From the NCBI GenBank assembly GCA_965285935.1, contig OZ260661.1:43462001-43526000 (forward strand): a DNA stretch of 64,000 nt, read 5' to 3'. The stretch is from Ophelia neglecta. Its lineage: Eukaryota. Shown in pieces: positions 48,898 through 60,175 of this stretch. Every line of letters begins with the position of its first letter. Position 1 is the first letter of the stretch. The translations under genes and the position numbers were made by a program. The notes under the pieces are model-generated. The model saw only the letters and a program-made list of their open reading frames with translations, was not told the origin of the DNA and searched no databases.

Positions 48898-51800
48898 GTA
48901 AGCCTTCACAGATTGTACTGTAAATATATCAAGAGAAAGTTACAACAAATACATCGTAAAATGGAACACAGAAATTGAATCTGCTTAAAATTAATGGAGT
49001 CATGTAAAATAACCATAGCACAGGCCTCTGTGCCACAGCATGCATGTTTTTCTACACATGAAAACTCTGAGGATGTGACACTATTATTGGCCAATTTTAC
49101 ACATTGTCCCTAGTGAAATTAATTTAGTCTCTATCAGCAAGTAGGATCTGCTGTGAATAAAGAAAATGTTTGTATTGCTAATCTGAACAATCGACCTTAA
49201 AGTGCAACCAACTGCACTCTTGGCAAGTTAGGCCTCCGGATTTTGTCAAATGCTTTTGTGCCTGGCAGTTTATTCAGTTATGCTGGATTAAGTACCAACA
49301 CTAATAACATTTGCTAAAAGACCTGGATTTTCTTATATTATTACAATTAATTTTAATTTACCTAATTCCAAACTTGTGGTTATGAAAACAAACAAAATAT
49401 AACATGCTATTAAGGGACTTTAATATTAATTACCAGTATTTAAGAGTTGCAACTAAATTAAAGGGCAGTTAAATAAGAAAACATCAAAATGATTTCATTA
49501 CCAGGATTCCATGTTGGTTGTGTTTTAGAAATTCACAAGTAGCTCATCCAAGGGCAGACCATTTTACTGTGCAAATGACTGATGGAAATATGAAAATAAT
49601 TGGTCTTTTCTATAAGCCTACATGTATATCACAATTTAAACATGTCACAAAGCTCTGTCATTTGGAATCATCAGACCACATCCAACTTAAGTTTACCAAA
49701 GGAAATACAGTATATATTTAAGTCTTGTGTATGTGCCTTACCTCCACAAAAGCAAGGATACAAAACAAATCAGTCAGGTGAAAAAATAGTTGAATTATAT
49801 CAATTATACAACACACAATTGCTCCTTTGAAAGCAAATCTACATTTGTACATATAGATGGCTACCATCTTAGCTGTTATTGTTCTGCCAGAAAAATATTT
49901 CAACTACTGATCATCTGAAACTGAAATTCTTTAGAGCTTTCTCCCAATTGTCAGTAACAGTTGATGTAACCTTTGAATAGACAAAGTCTGCTAAGCATGC
50001 TTCATTAAGCCAACCACAGAATGGCTATTTCCGTTTGTTAGATCTCTGAAAATGAATGCCAATCTATCCTATATTTAAGACTAAGTTGTCCTCTGTGGCA
50101 CTCAAAATGGCCAGATGTGCATCCTGAAATTGTGGGAAATAATTTTATGTAGAACTGTGTAGCCAAAGAAACCTCGAGAAAAAAAGAAATCAAGGGTATG
50201 TTGAGAGACATACTGTTAAAAGCAGCCATTATTCCCAAGAGTGAAAGACAGAAAAAAAGTTTCTGTGATGTTTGCTAAGCAAGGCTTTCATTTCCATTTA
50301 AAATGATTCAGTTGTATCCCAATGCGGAGATGAAAGTAATCCCTGTCACAGTAATGCACTGTTCCTATTTTATTTCAATTTATATTGATATAACCTCTTA
50401 CAAATGGTAAATATTAAGCGCACATAAAGGGTATATCCATTAGCTGTGCTTGACTCAGACGTGTTTATGTGTCCAAGATAAATTACACTCTGTTCTGAAG
50501 GGTTCAACATACACATACAATCTACTTGTACACAGTTTATATAGAAAAATAGCAATATACTTAAGAATTTTCACACTACATTAAGTTTCTGATACAAATT
50601 CTAATGTGCCCGCATCACTGATACACAATGCCATTGTGGGAATTGTTTGATCAGTGTATTAGACAAATTAAGCATATAAATTTTCACAAAGGGCCATTCA
50701 TATGCTTTATTTATTATATGCAAGTAAAATGATATCGTTTTAGAACAATGCGCTGTTTTTTTCACCTGTTATCATGAATAAAATGTAAATCAATAACTTT
50801 CTAGAATTAACAAGCAAAAAAAAAAAATTGAACTACAGTCAGTGTGTATAATTGAAAGCTGTTTCATTTCCAATATCTCATTTACTAATTGTAAACCTTG
50901 AAAAAAAATGGTGAAATATAGTTCTATCTACAGCCAGATTGCAATATCTGCCAAAATGAAACTAGCAGATCCACCATGTGTTTGTCAGGCTGGTCAAACA
51001 GTTGCTATTAGATGGTTTAGAATGTGAAAGGTGAATAACTCCTAGAGCCGAGATTTCATACAAATCACTTGTAGTTACTTCATTTTTGCCAAAGCCCACA
51101 TACATGTGACTAATATGGTTACAGCTTCCTCTGTGAGGGTTGAATAGCTCAGCACAATGTGTGGGATTTTGTTTCAGTTCTAGAAAGAGAACAAATTCCT
51201 GACCTAATGCTATTTGTAGTATTTGAATCTGCATGCTCCATATCCAATATGGTCCTCGGGATGTCAAATATAGACAGGAACACTTTCTGGGCAATTTGTT
51301 TGTGTACCTCTCAGACAGTGATGTTTCTATTTCAGTATTTGTGAGTTTCTAATTCTTCAGTCAATTGGCCGCAATGTTTGGCTATCACTTGTAAATGTCT
51401 AATTTCATAACCAATTACAAAAGGTGGGCCTCTTACCTGTTTGAATGAAGATGGCAAATAGAGTTATTAAACAAATGGATACATTTCAATATATTTGAGT
51501 ATAAATGGGCACAAAAGCCCTAGCAGAAATTTTTGTTGTATGGTTTTCAACCAAATCAACACACAAGTGCGTTTAATGTTGTTTATCCTGAAAAAGAAAT
51601 GCATGCTTGTGAAAAGTGATTCAAGATTTGCCCTCTCGCTCCTTTGTATTGGTTCATTCTGATTTGTCAAAGCACTCTACTTCTCGTGGTCTAAACTGCA
51701 TTCTGGTAAATATAAATAAATATACATTGGTTTAATGCTCATGATGGATTTGGTTTGCACATCAAAGGTTAATTTTTTTAAACAAAGGCCATAAAGCATA

Positions 51801-54800
51801 GTTAAACTTTGAATTTGAATAAAGTAAAACAATTATAACTTCAATCAAACTGCTATTACTACAAAGTAGAAATAGCTGAACTTTTGTAGTGGGCCGGGTC
51901 AACATCAAATCCTGTTTATAGGAGTATTTGTTACCAAATGAACTCTACTGTTAATAATGACCCCATCAGTTCTTGATCTTTGAGTGAATAACCCACTAAA
52001 TGGAAACCCATTTTGATGTATTGCTTCTTTCTCTTTCAGGAGGAGGAGATCACTCGATATCTGGTGAAGTGGCAGGACAGCGATGGATCCTTCGTTACAG
52101 GAGTGATGAAGGTGTTCCATCCAAGTTGTCAACAGAAATGGCGAAATGAAGTGAATGCTTTGTCCAAGTTGGCCCCGCTGGACCATCCTAATGTGTGTAG
52201 ATATCTGTGGGACACACCCAGAAACAGCTTCACCTCGGCTATATGTACATTTACTGGGGATGTTCTCAGTCAGGAGGGGAGGTATGTATATTCTCAGGTT
52301 AAATTCAATATATGAACAATGAACTAATAATCCGCCATGCTGTACATAATACCAGCTGCTGTGTTTAGTAAGCCCTGACCTCACTTTGTCTTTGTGTTTC
52401 AATAGTGGAAAATCAGGTACCATGATTAGGTTACTACTTAGGTAATCAGTCCCAGTCATGGCTCGATTCAACATTAAAATCACCTAGTAGTGTAGTCCAT
52501 TCTTGAATTGCTGTATTCGTTAAAAAGGGGCCTATTGAATTAAAAGTCTTCCGTCCAACCTAAGTGTTTGCAGATCAATAGTAATTGGTCAATACATCTG
52601 ACTAGTGATTCCTATACTATTTAGTGTTATGCTAGTCATTGCCTACCTATCATTTTACCTTTAGTGTCTTGTCTGCTCACTGCAGAACTGATTGACCCCT
52701 ACATATATAATATATTTTAGTTCTTGCTCATATGTCAATTGGTGGCCTGTGTTGCAGCCATTCCAGAAAAGAGCACTTTTTCACAATGGTTCTTTTGAGG
52801 AATCAAGACAACATATTTTAGAAATCATTGACACTTTTTCCATTGATGGCTTGCTAGATTCGCTCACTTTATTTTATCACCTGTTATGATAATGTGATGA
52901 GTGGATTGCATGTTTGTCTGATAGACATCAAATTGCCTGTCATTTTTATGGACAGTAATTGATTCTTTTGCTTTCCAGTATTACTTGTCGTCTGCACTAT
53001 GCCACAGGAACACTACAAGAGTTTCTTACCTCCCGTATACACCAGCTGACCGAGGTGGGCCTCCACAAGATCACACTAGATGTTGCCAATGGTCTGGAGT
53101 ACCTACACCAGCACCACCTGGTGCACAATGGACTCTCTACACAGACTGTGTACATGGCTTCTGTTTCAGAGGTGACTATAAATGAACTCACTTTTTCAAA
53201 TATATTTTGAGGCATTTTGGACTCATTAATGTACCTTCTTGTACTTCATATACTAAAAAGCCAGTTGTGCAATGTTTCGATTTAGTTCTTGGTGCAAGGT
53301 ACAGTTAATGTTTTGACTAATTTTGACCTGAAATGATTATTTTGTTAAATTGCAGAAAATTGGTATGAAAGCAGTGATCGGAGACTTTGAGAACAGCTAT
53401 GAGGTGTCTGAGAATACACTGCGTAAATCTCCACTCAGCATGATGAAACAAGATGGCAGGGATATTACCAGTGCTGGAAGTCTGTTTTCTATTTCGAACA
53501 CCCTGGACATGGATAATAACAAATTCGCCCCAGACATCAGATCATTTGGTTTGGTAGTTCTGGAAATGTTAGTGTCCATGAGCGAGTTTAATCAAAAGCG
53601 CTCTGGCTCCAAGAATCTTGTAGCTAAGACCCTAGCAGAGATTCAGGGTGACTTGAATGTGGACTTGACATCTGCCTTGACATCACATAAAGGATGTGAT
53701 GGTGGCTCTCAGTGTAACTGTTCTAGCAGAGTGACAGATATCCGAGTTTGCAAGGATAAACCTGACCAGAGGATAAACTTACACCCGGACTTCGATGCCA
53801 TTCACCAGCATGCCTTCTCCAGGCCTAACTCAGCAACAAACACACCTTGCAGTGACAGGAACTCGGCAGTCTGGCTGACCCCAGCCCAGCTCAGACAGAT
53901 AGAATTAGAGGAGGAGGCAGCCAGGGAAATTCAGGAAATACAAATAAGAGATCTGCCTCCAATACCTCGCATAGAGAAAACAAATGTGGAGGAGTCTCCA
54001 TACCCCAAATCACTGGATGAGTTTGATGGAGCAGTGAGTGAGGATAGCAGGAGGTCAGATGGTAAGAGGTCAAGAGGAAGGCCTAAGAGGCCTGTACACA
54101 GCCTGCCCTTCCAGAGAACAGATCAAGACAGCAGTGAGAGTGACACTGAACTGGTCAACTTGGAAGGGGCCTCTCCTAACAGAAAGAGTAACCGGAAAGG
54201 AAGGGAGAGGCATTCTTCTGGGAAGTCGGATATGTCTAACTCAACCACCAATACTCCTGCCACAGTGAGATCCCTCAAGATAGGGAGTAAGGATGAGCGG
54301 TATAAAGAAGAATCTGTGTGCAGTGAGCCGACAAATGTGAGCAGACCTGCTTCACTCACTACAAGGAATGTGAGGAAACTGTCTGAACAGCATGATTCTG
54401 ACCAGGTATCTCCCTCTACACCAAGTGAAGACATTTACAACACATCTATAGGTAGCCTGGGTAGCTTTGACACTATATATGAAGATGAGGAGATTCCTAA
54501 AAATTCACAGCATATGAAGGCAGAGCCAAACAAGCCCAAATCAAAGGGCAGCAAGAGAGCACAGCGGGTGCCTCATTTGGGCAAGAGGAGGTATGATGAC
54601 AATGGTCAAAAGAGAATGTCAACTGCATCCATGGATGAAAGTTTAATCAGTGCAGACAGCGGTGTTGGCTCCAGCCATTATGATATGTACTCCAATGGTC
54701 TGCACCATCCTGGCAGCCGAGACACTATCTACGCTGAGAGTTCATCCATGTCTGATGGAGACAGCTACTCCTTGTTAAAAGCCATCACCAACAAGCATGG

Positions 54801-56245
54801 GAAGAGAGGCCCAGACAGTGGTATTGAGAGCAATGTGGAAAGTTGTGATGAACTGGCCAGGAATGAGAAACCTCCAAGCCACCCTGGGAGAGGCATGAAG
54901 AAAAGTGCCAGCACTGGGGATGAGCCAGAGGTGTTCCCCGATCTGAGGGTGAGGAAGAGACCATGTACACGGGACCACATGCATCCTGTTGGAGTGTCAT
55001 GTACCTCCCAGCGTGGCCCTCCTAGGAAACAAATCAGCCAGACAGATTCTACCTCTTCCGCCTCACCCTCATCAACACCAGAAAGTGAGGAAAGTCCTGT
55101 GGACCCAGTGTATGAGAAAATCCCACCAAGGATGATTGGCCAATGTGTCAGTTCTAGTATACCTAAATCCAAGTCTAGTTGCTTCCATCACCAGCAGTCT
55201 GGTTGTCAGTTTTGCTCTGCCAGAGATGACCACGTCATGCACACCCCAGAGATAGTCCATCCGGCAATACGTAGTCAGTATCGACATGCCATGCCCAAAC
55301 TGGGTGTGTCAGCAGTGACCTCCTCCAGGAGAATGTCTGATGTCTCCTCCACCTCCAGCAGTAATGGGACTCTGAACTCGGCTGGCAGGAGCGTGGACAA
55401 GAGAGGGGGGCCAGGTTCAGCTCCCACCAGCCCTTGTAGTGAACAAAAAACTGTTGATTTCAACCCTAGTTCACAGGAGAGCTTAAGGGATGAAGATTTC
55501 CACCACATGGCTTCAAACTCCAGCCTGGCATCTTCAATTAGAACTGTTGCTAATTATGGAAACCAAAGCGGTGATAACAAAAACTCAAATAATTCTAATG
55601 ATAAAAACAGTGAGCAACAGTCTGTGAGTGATTCATTAAAGTCTCTGATAGAGGACTCTAAAGCCTTACTGGCTTCACTGGAGGAGAGTACACGGGACTT
55701 AGAGGCTGATCATTCTGGTATACAACAACAAAAATCTCACAGGAGAGCCTATCATGGCACCTCAGATTTACATAATGGGAGAGGTCTAGTGACACCTTCG
55801 TCGGACATTTCTTCCCTTAGCCCGAGCTCCCGGGCTGGTCTAGGACACAAGCAGTTGGAATATTTCCAAGAGATGACCAAAGTGCATCCCTCGCTAAACC
55901 CCGGTGTCATGATGGATTCCAACCAGGACAAGTTGCGGCAAATGCTAGAATTGGTGAAAAAGAGTGGGAAACTTGGCTTTGTTGCTCAGCAGGTGAGAAA
56001 CAGTATATATTCATATACATGTTCCCTAGTGCTTTGTAGTTGGCCTTTCTTGAATTTGATAGGATATTATACCCAATTTTATCTTTTCCATCCTTGATAT
56101 ATAGTAGAAAAGCCTTATTGACATACCATTCCATACATTGTAGTTGCTTCCCTTGTTAAGTGACTGTTGGCTGGAAGACCCTGCGCCGTCTGCTGAGGAG
56201 ATACTGAGGAGATTGGAGAATGCACTGCCCACAGCTTCTGTATAG
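47860..56245 (+). CDS. 7TM (LGR/RXFP/GRL101-like GPCR) - pseudokinase fusion protein, ~1403 aa, 5 coding exons
   Basis: Exons 47860-48897, 52040-52281, 52979-53171, 53356-55992 and 56144-56245 sum to 4212 nt; all introns GT-AG, phases 0,2,0,0. Start in ACCATGG Kozak context with an in-frame TAA upstream at 47836. Confidence 0.8.
52040..52281 (+). CDS. Exon 2: kinase subdomains I-IV
   Basis: ttctttctctttcag|GAG; GVMKVF (VAIK-like), KWRNEVNALSKL (alpha-C Glu), LDHPNV; donor AG|GTATGT. Confidence 0.85.
52979..53171 (+). CDS. Exon 3: kinase subdomains V-VIb
   Basis: ctttccag|T; HYATGTLQEFL, ITLDVANGLEYLHQHHLVHNGLSTQTV; donor GAG|GTGACT. Confidence 0.87.
53356..55992 (+). CDS. Exon 4: kinase subdomains VII-IX followed by a long Ser-rich disordered insert
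   Basis: ttgcag|AAA; KAVIGDFE and DIRSFGLVVLEML; 879 codons open; donor CAG|GTGAGA. Confidence 0.88.
56144..56245 (+). CDS. Exon 5: kinase subdomain XI and stop (missed by the ORF track)
   Basis: ttgtag|TTG encodes LLPLLSDCWLEDPAPSAEEILRRLENALPTASV*, matching the CW..DP..RP....I...L end of TK/TKL-type kinase domains. AATAAA at 56357 and 56862. Confidence 0.85.
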   Translation: MLPLLSDCWLEDPAPSAEEILRRLENALPTASV

Positions 56246-58173
56246 ATATACCATGTACATACATCACATATAATATTTTGTACTTGCATATTATTATATA
56301 AAGAACTTGATCATTTAGGACGCAGCCTGTAAACTTGACAATCTGACTTATCCTGTAATAAAGTAAATATGGGCATTTATATAAAACTGCTGGTCCAGGA
56401 TTAATATAGGACACTGCCAAACACTTGACAACTCAGTAAAACAGTAAACAATTTAGAATCTAAAATTTAGTGGGCATTTTGCTACATCGAAACGAAAAAA
56501 AATCTGTTGCAATTAATTAATTAATTTCTTGCTGCTGGTTTATGAATTGTAAGTATGTAAATATCGTTTGTTGTGGTTGTAAATTCACGATTCGGTACAA
56601 ATTGTCATCGAGATATGTTGTACTTTGATAAGAGATTGTTGCTATTTAAGTTATTATTCTCATTGCTATAAAGTTATAATTTGGGAATACTAGAAAGGTA
56701 TATTATGTAGATTGTGCTACAAGGGAATGTTTGGCCTCAGAAAGAGTAAAGCTGTTATGGTTTGCAATAATACTATTGTGAAATTAAATTAAGAGTTCAG
56801 ACCTAAGTAAGTTCACACTATGCTACCTCAAGTTGGTTTATGTATGGTAAATATTCTATGCAATAAAATGTAAAAAATGATTTCTGTTTGTGATGTAAAC
56901 ACACATGCTGTGTTTTGTTGGGTACAAAACACATTTCTAGATACTGTAACCATAAAACTTGATTGCACAGGTTTAAATTTGATTTTTGCAAAAAAAATGA
57001 GATCCTACATGTTTTTGATTTTGTGGCTAGACATATGTAAGCATGATTCATGAGTCCTAATTTCATGTCAGAGAGGGTTTTTTCTTTGCGACAGGTTTTT
57101 TTTTAAGAATTTAAAAGAGTGTCCACATTTTTACCAGTAAACCGTACCTTTTCCATACCCATCTGCTAAGACCATTTTACATCGCTTATATCCAAATGTA
57201 GACTTCTATGGCAGAGATTAATCAGTTAAAAAACCCGAAAATTGGATATTCATGTGAGCTTTGCCTCATTCTATTATAAAACAAAGGCTTTACAGCAGGA
57301 GTTTTAGCAGGTCCTCCTGTCCTGTTGCTCCTACATGTATATGGTTTATGTGTGGTCATACTACTGTACAATATACTGCTTAAGTCCTTAATGACATTCA
57401 CTACTGCCTTGTAGTAAGTATGACGTATATAATAGCCAGGTTGGCCTTACAATTCCTTTGAAATGATAAGGAAGCAAGCAAAGATTGGTTTGGATGGGAA
57501 TGCCTCCCCTTTGAACAATAGGGAGAAAAGTAGTGGTCAGTTAAATAAGACATTATTATTAATTCATAGTTAGGCCAGAAATCAAAAGGCTAGGTCAGTG
57601 CTTGACCCTCCCCCCTCCCAGCCCCAAGGCAGAGCCTATCTGGCTGTACTGGTACATTACTGATCTAGCAAAACAATCTAATATATTATATGTTGGCTTT
57701 ATTTTACTGAGCTTTAACAAATTGCATTGTCAAAGGCGCAACTCAATTTCAAAAAGGTTGTTTGCACATGCTTATTGCCATCAAAACTTAAATCTTAACA
57801 TAAATGGTTGGAAAAAATTCAGCAGCCTTTTCTCTACAAAAGAGCACCTGTGTTCATTGTATGGATGTATGGTGTCGCCACCATACATGTTCAAACACAG
57901 AGGGTTGGTTATTACAATATTAGCAGATAGGCGCTATTTTCAGTGGTCGAATTGACCTTGAAATACAAAGCCTAATTTCAAGGCCAATACTCTTTTGGAA
58001 TCAGTGTAGCCTACTTCGAAATACATGATTTTTTTGGTTAGATTCCCAAAATATATTTTGAAAAATGTGTAAAATTTTGAAAACAATCCGACTAGAATTG
58101 CGACCAGGAAAGTTCTGCACAGGATCTCTGTAGACAACTTCACATCGTCTTAAAAAGATTCACATTTCCAATC

Positions 58174-58305
58174 TTTATTGCCAAAACAAAATTGAAATGA
58201 GAAAAGGAATATCTCAGAGGATCCAAACATACACAGGTGTTTGTTCTAATAGAGTTATTAAGACAAAAATGTATTGCATACTGACCAGGAATTAGGAATT
58301 TTATT
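58174..58305 (-). terminator. Candidate polyadenylation signals of BTBD9 (~2-kb 3' UTR)
   Basis: TTTATT on + (AATAAA on -) at 58174-58179 and 58300-58305. Confidence 0.35.
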
Positions 58306-60175
58306 CACCTTGAAAATGTAAACAAATACAAATTAGTAAATAATTTACAATAGATCTATAACAAAACAGCTACATCAAGAGTACAGAATACACCTATGGT
58401 ATCCTTGTAATGACAAAACAGACAAGAGGAAGTTTACAAACTTTACTGTAAAAGTCAAGTCTAGAAAATATGGCAATGAAATAAACACTCTGCTCAGAAA
58501 CTGAACAAGAATTCCACATAAGCACCCTCTTCTTCTTAGAAATTGATTATAAACTCAAATGTCAGCATTTTAATCGACGGAGTGACTGCGTCCCACCAAT
58601 AAGGCTACAATCCATGTCTTTCACTAACTGTTACTTTCACACCTCTTTAAGTCTACAGAAAATAATGTTTTGCATTGAATCCATTGATATGTCATCTTGA
58701 CCATATCCTGCATAATGAAAAAAAATTGTGGACACAAACATGCTAAATAGGGCAATAAATTAAACTGACCCATCTTGCTACCAAATTCTGTTATTTCTGC
58801 AATACAAACTGCTCTTCAGTTTAAAACTTATTCTTTTTTCATGCCATTCCCCAAATTGTCTTGCATGTACACCATTCCATGTATATTAAATCCAAGCATT
58901 AAAAGCCTCTTTGTAGCCTTAACTATCTTACTTTCTTTAGGTGAAGAAGGTGAATTCATTGTGTGGGTCTGGTATTACAGAAATTACTGGTACACATTAT
59001 ATACCATTAGGATAAGTTGCTCACCAGCCAATATGTTCTCAGCTGTGTTGTGAAATTCAAACTTCTATCATAGACCAAATCACCTGTGAACAAACTGGTC
59101 CACTTCTAGTCAAATATAACACAGATATTTAGCTTTGCTTCCTGTGCAAGGCACTTCTATCTCTCTATGCCTTATACTCACCGGTCTCATTATTTAAATC
59201 TCTCTCATCATATCCAGAAAATATGTTAAAAACAATTAAGTCAATCAATAACTAATGCCTCAGAAGCTATACACTATACAATCTTCTTCTGTTTCTGGGG
59301 TCAGAAATTAAATGCAAATTAACAAATGGAGATCTTTATCCTTAACATGTGATCATTTGCTGTGGTGACGAGGGAGGAGATGATAGTGATAAAAAGGGAC
59401 CTCAAGGTTCTAAACGAAGCCTTATACTGAAAGCCTCTTACTTCATTGAAAAACCAAATTACAGCAATATTTCAAGTGGCAACGACTTTTAGCTATTGCA
59501 CACTAAAATGATTAATTCTCCAACATGATCAACTATATCATTGTTCAATATAGTACATATATTCAATAATACACAATTGTTAAATATAGTACTTGTATTA
59601 TATCACGGGTGCATTCTGGGTAAAACTACTTTGCCACCTCTTACAAAATACAAACCTTCATACCATTTGTGGTAAGTTACAGGTTTCAAGCTTTTGATTA
59701 TCTCTACAATTTAACAATAGTATACAACAATAAATACCTATGGCTGGGATTCACTATTTGCTGGCTAGAGTAAAGCACAGATAAATATTGCTTGGAACTA
59801 ATAAACATAGATTTAAGTATTTACAATCTCTAGACATTAACAAGGATACACTCTCAGCATGCAAGTCTTTGGCTGTTTTTTACCGGTACTTGCTATCACA
59901 ATATACTAGAATTCAAGTCTAAAGTGCACATTATAATATATTTAATACTTACTTTGCTATAAATGCATGCAATAGCCATCACCTGACACATTAATTAAAC
60001 TGTACTTTTTATGAGTACAAACAATCACAAAAGCTTTCTGATAAAGTCAGTGTAAATGTGTGTTAGAAATGTGGTTTGTTGCATGTGTTCAGGACGCTCT
60101 GCTCATGGTATTGTAAATGGAGTATTGGTTCAGATGTCTGTGGTTTGGTTTTCATCACCAGGTGGCTGAATGTGG

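Noticed and set aside
56231-56245. Class I PDZ-binding motif at the C-terminus (TASV)
   Set aside because: Position -2 is Ala rather than Ser/Thr, so it does not fit the class I consensus.
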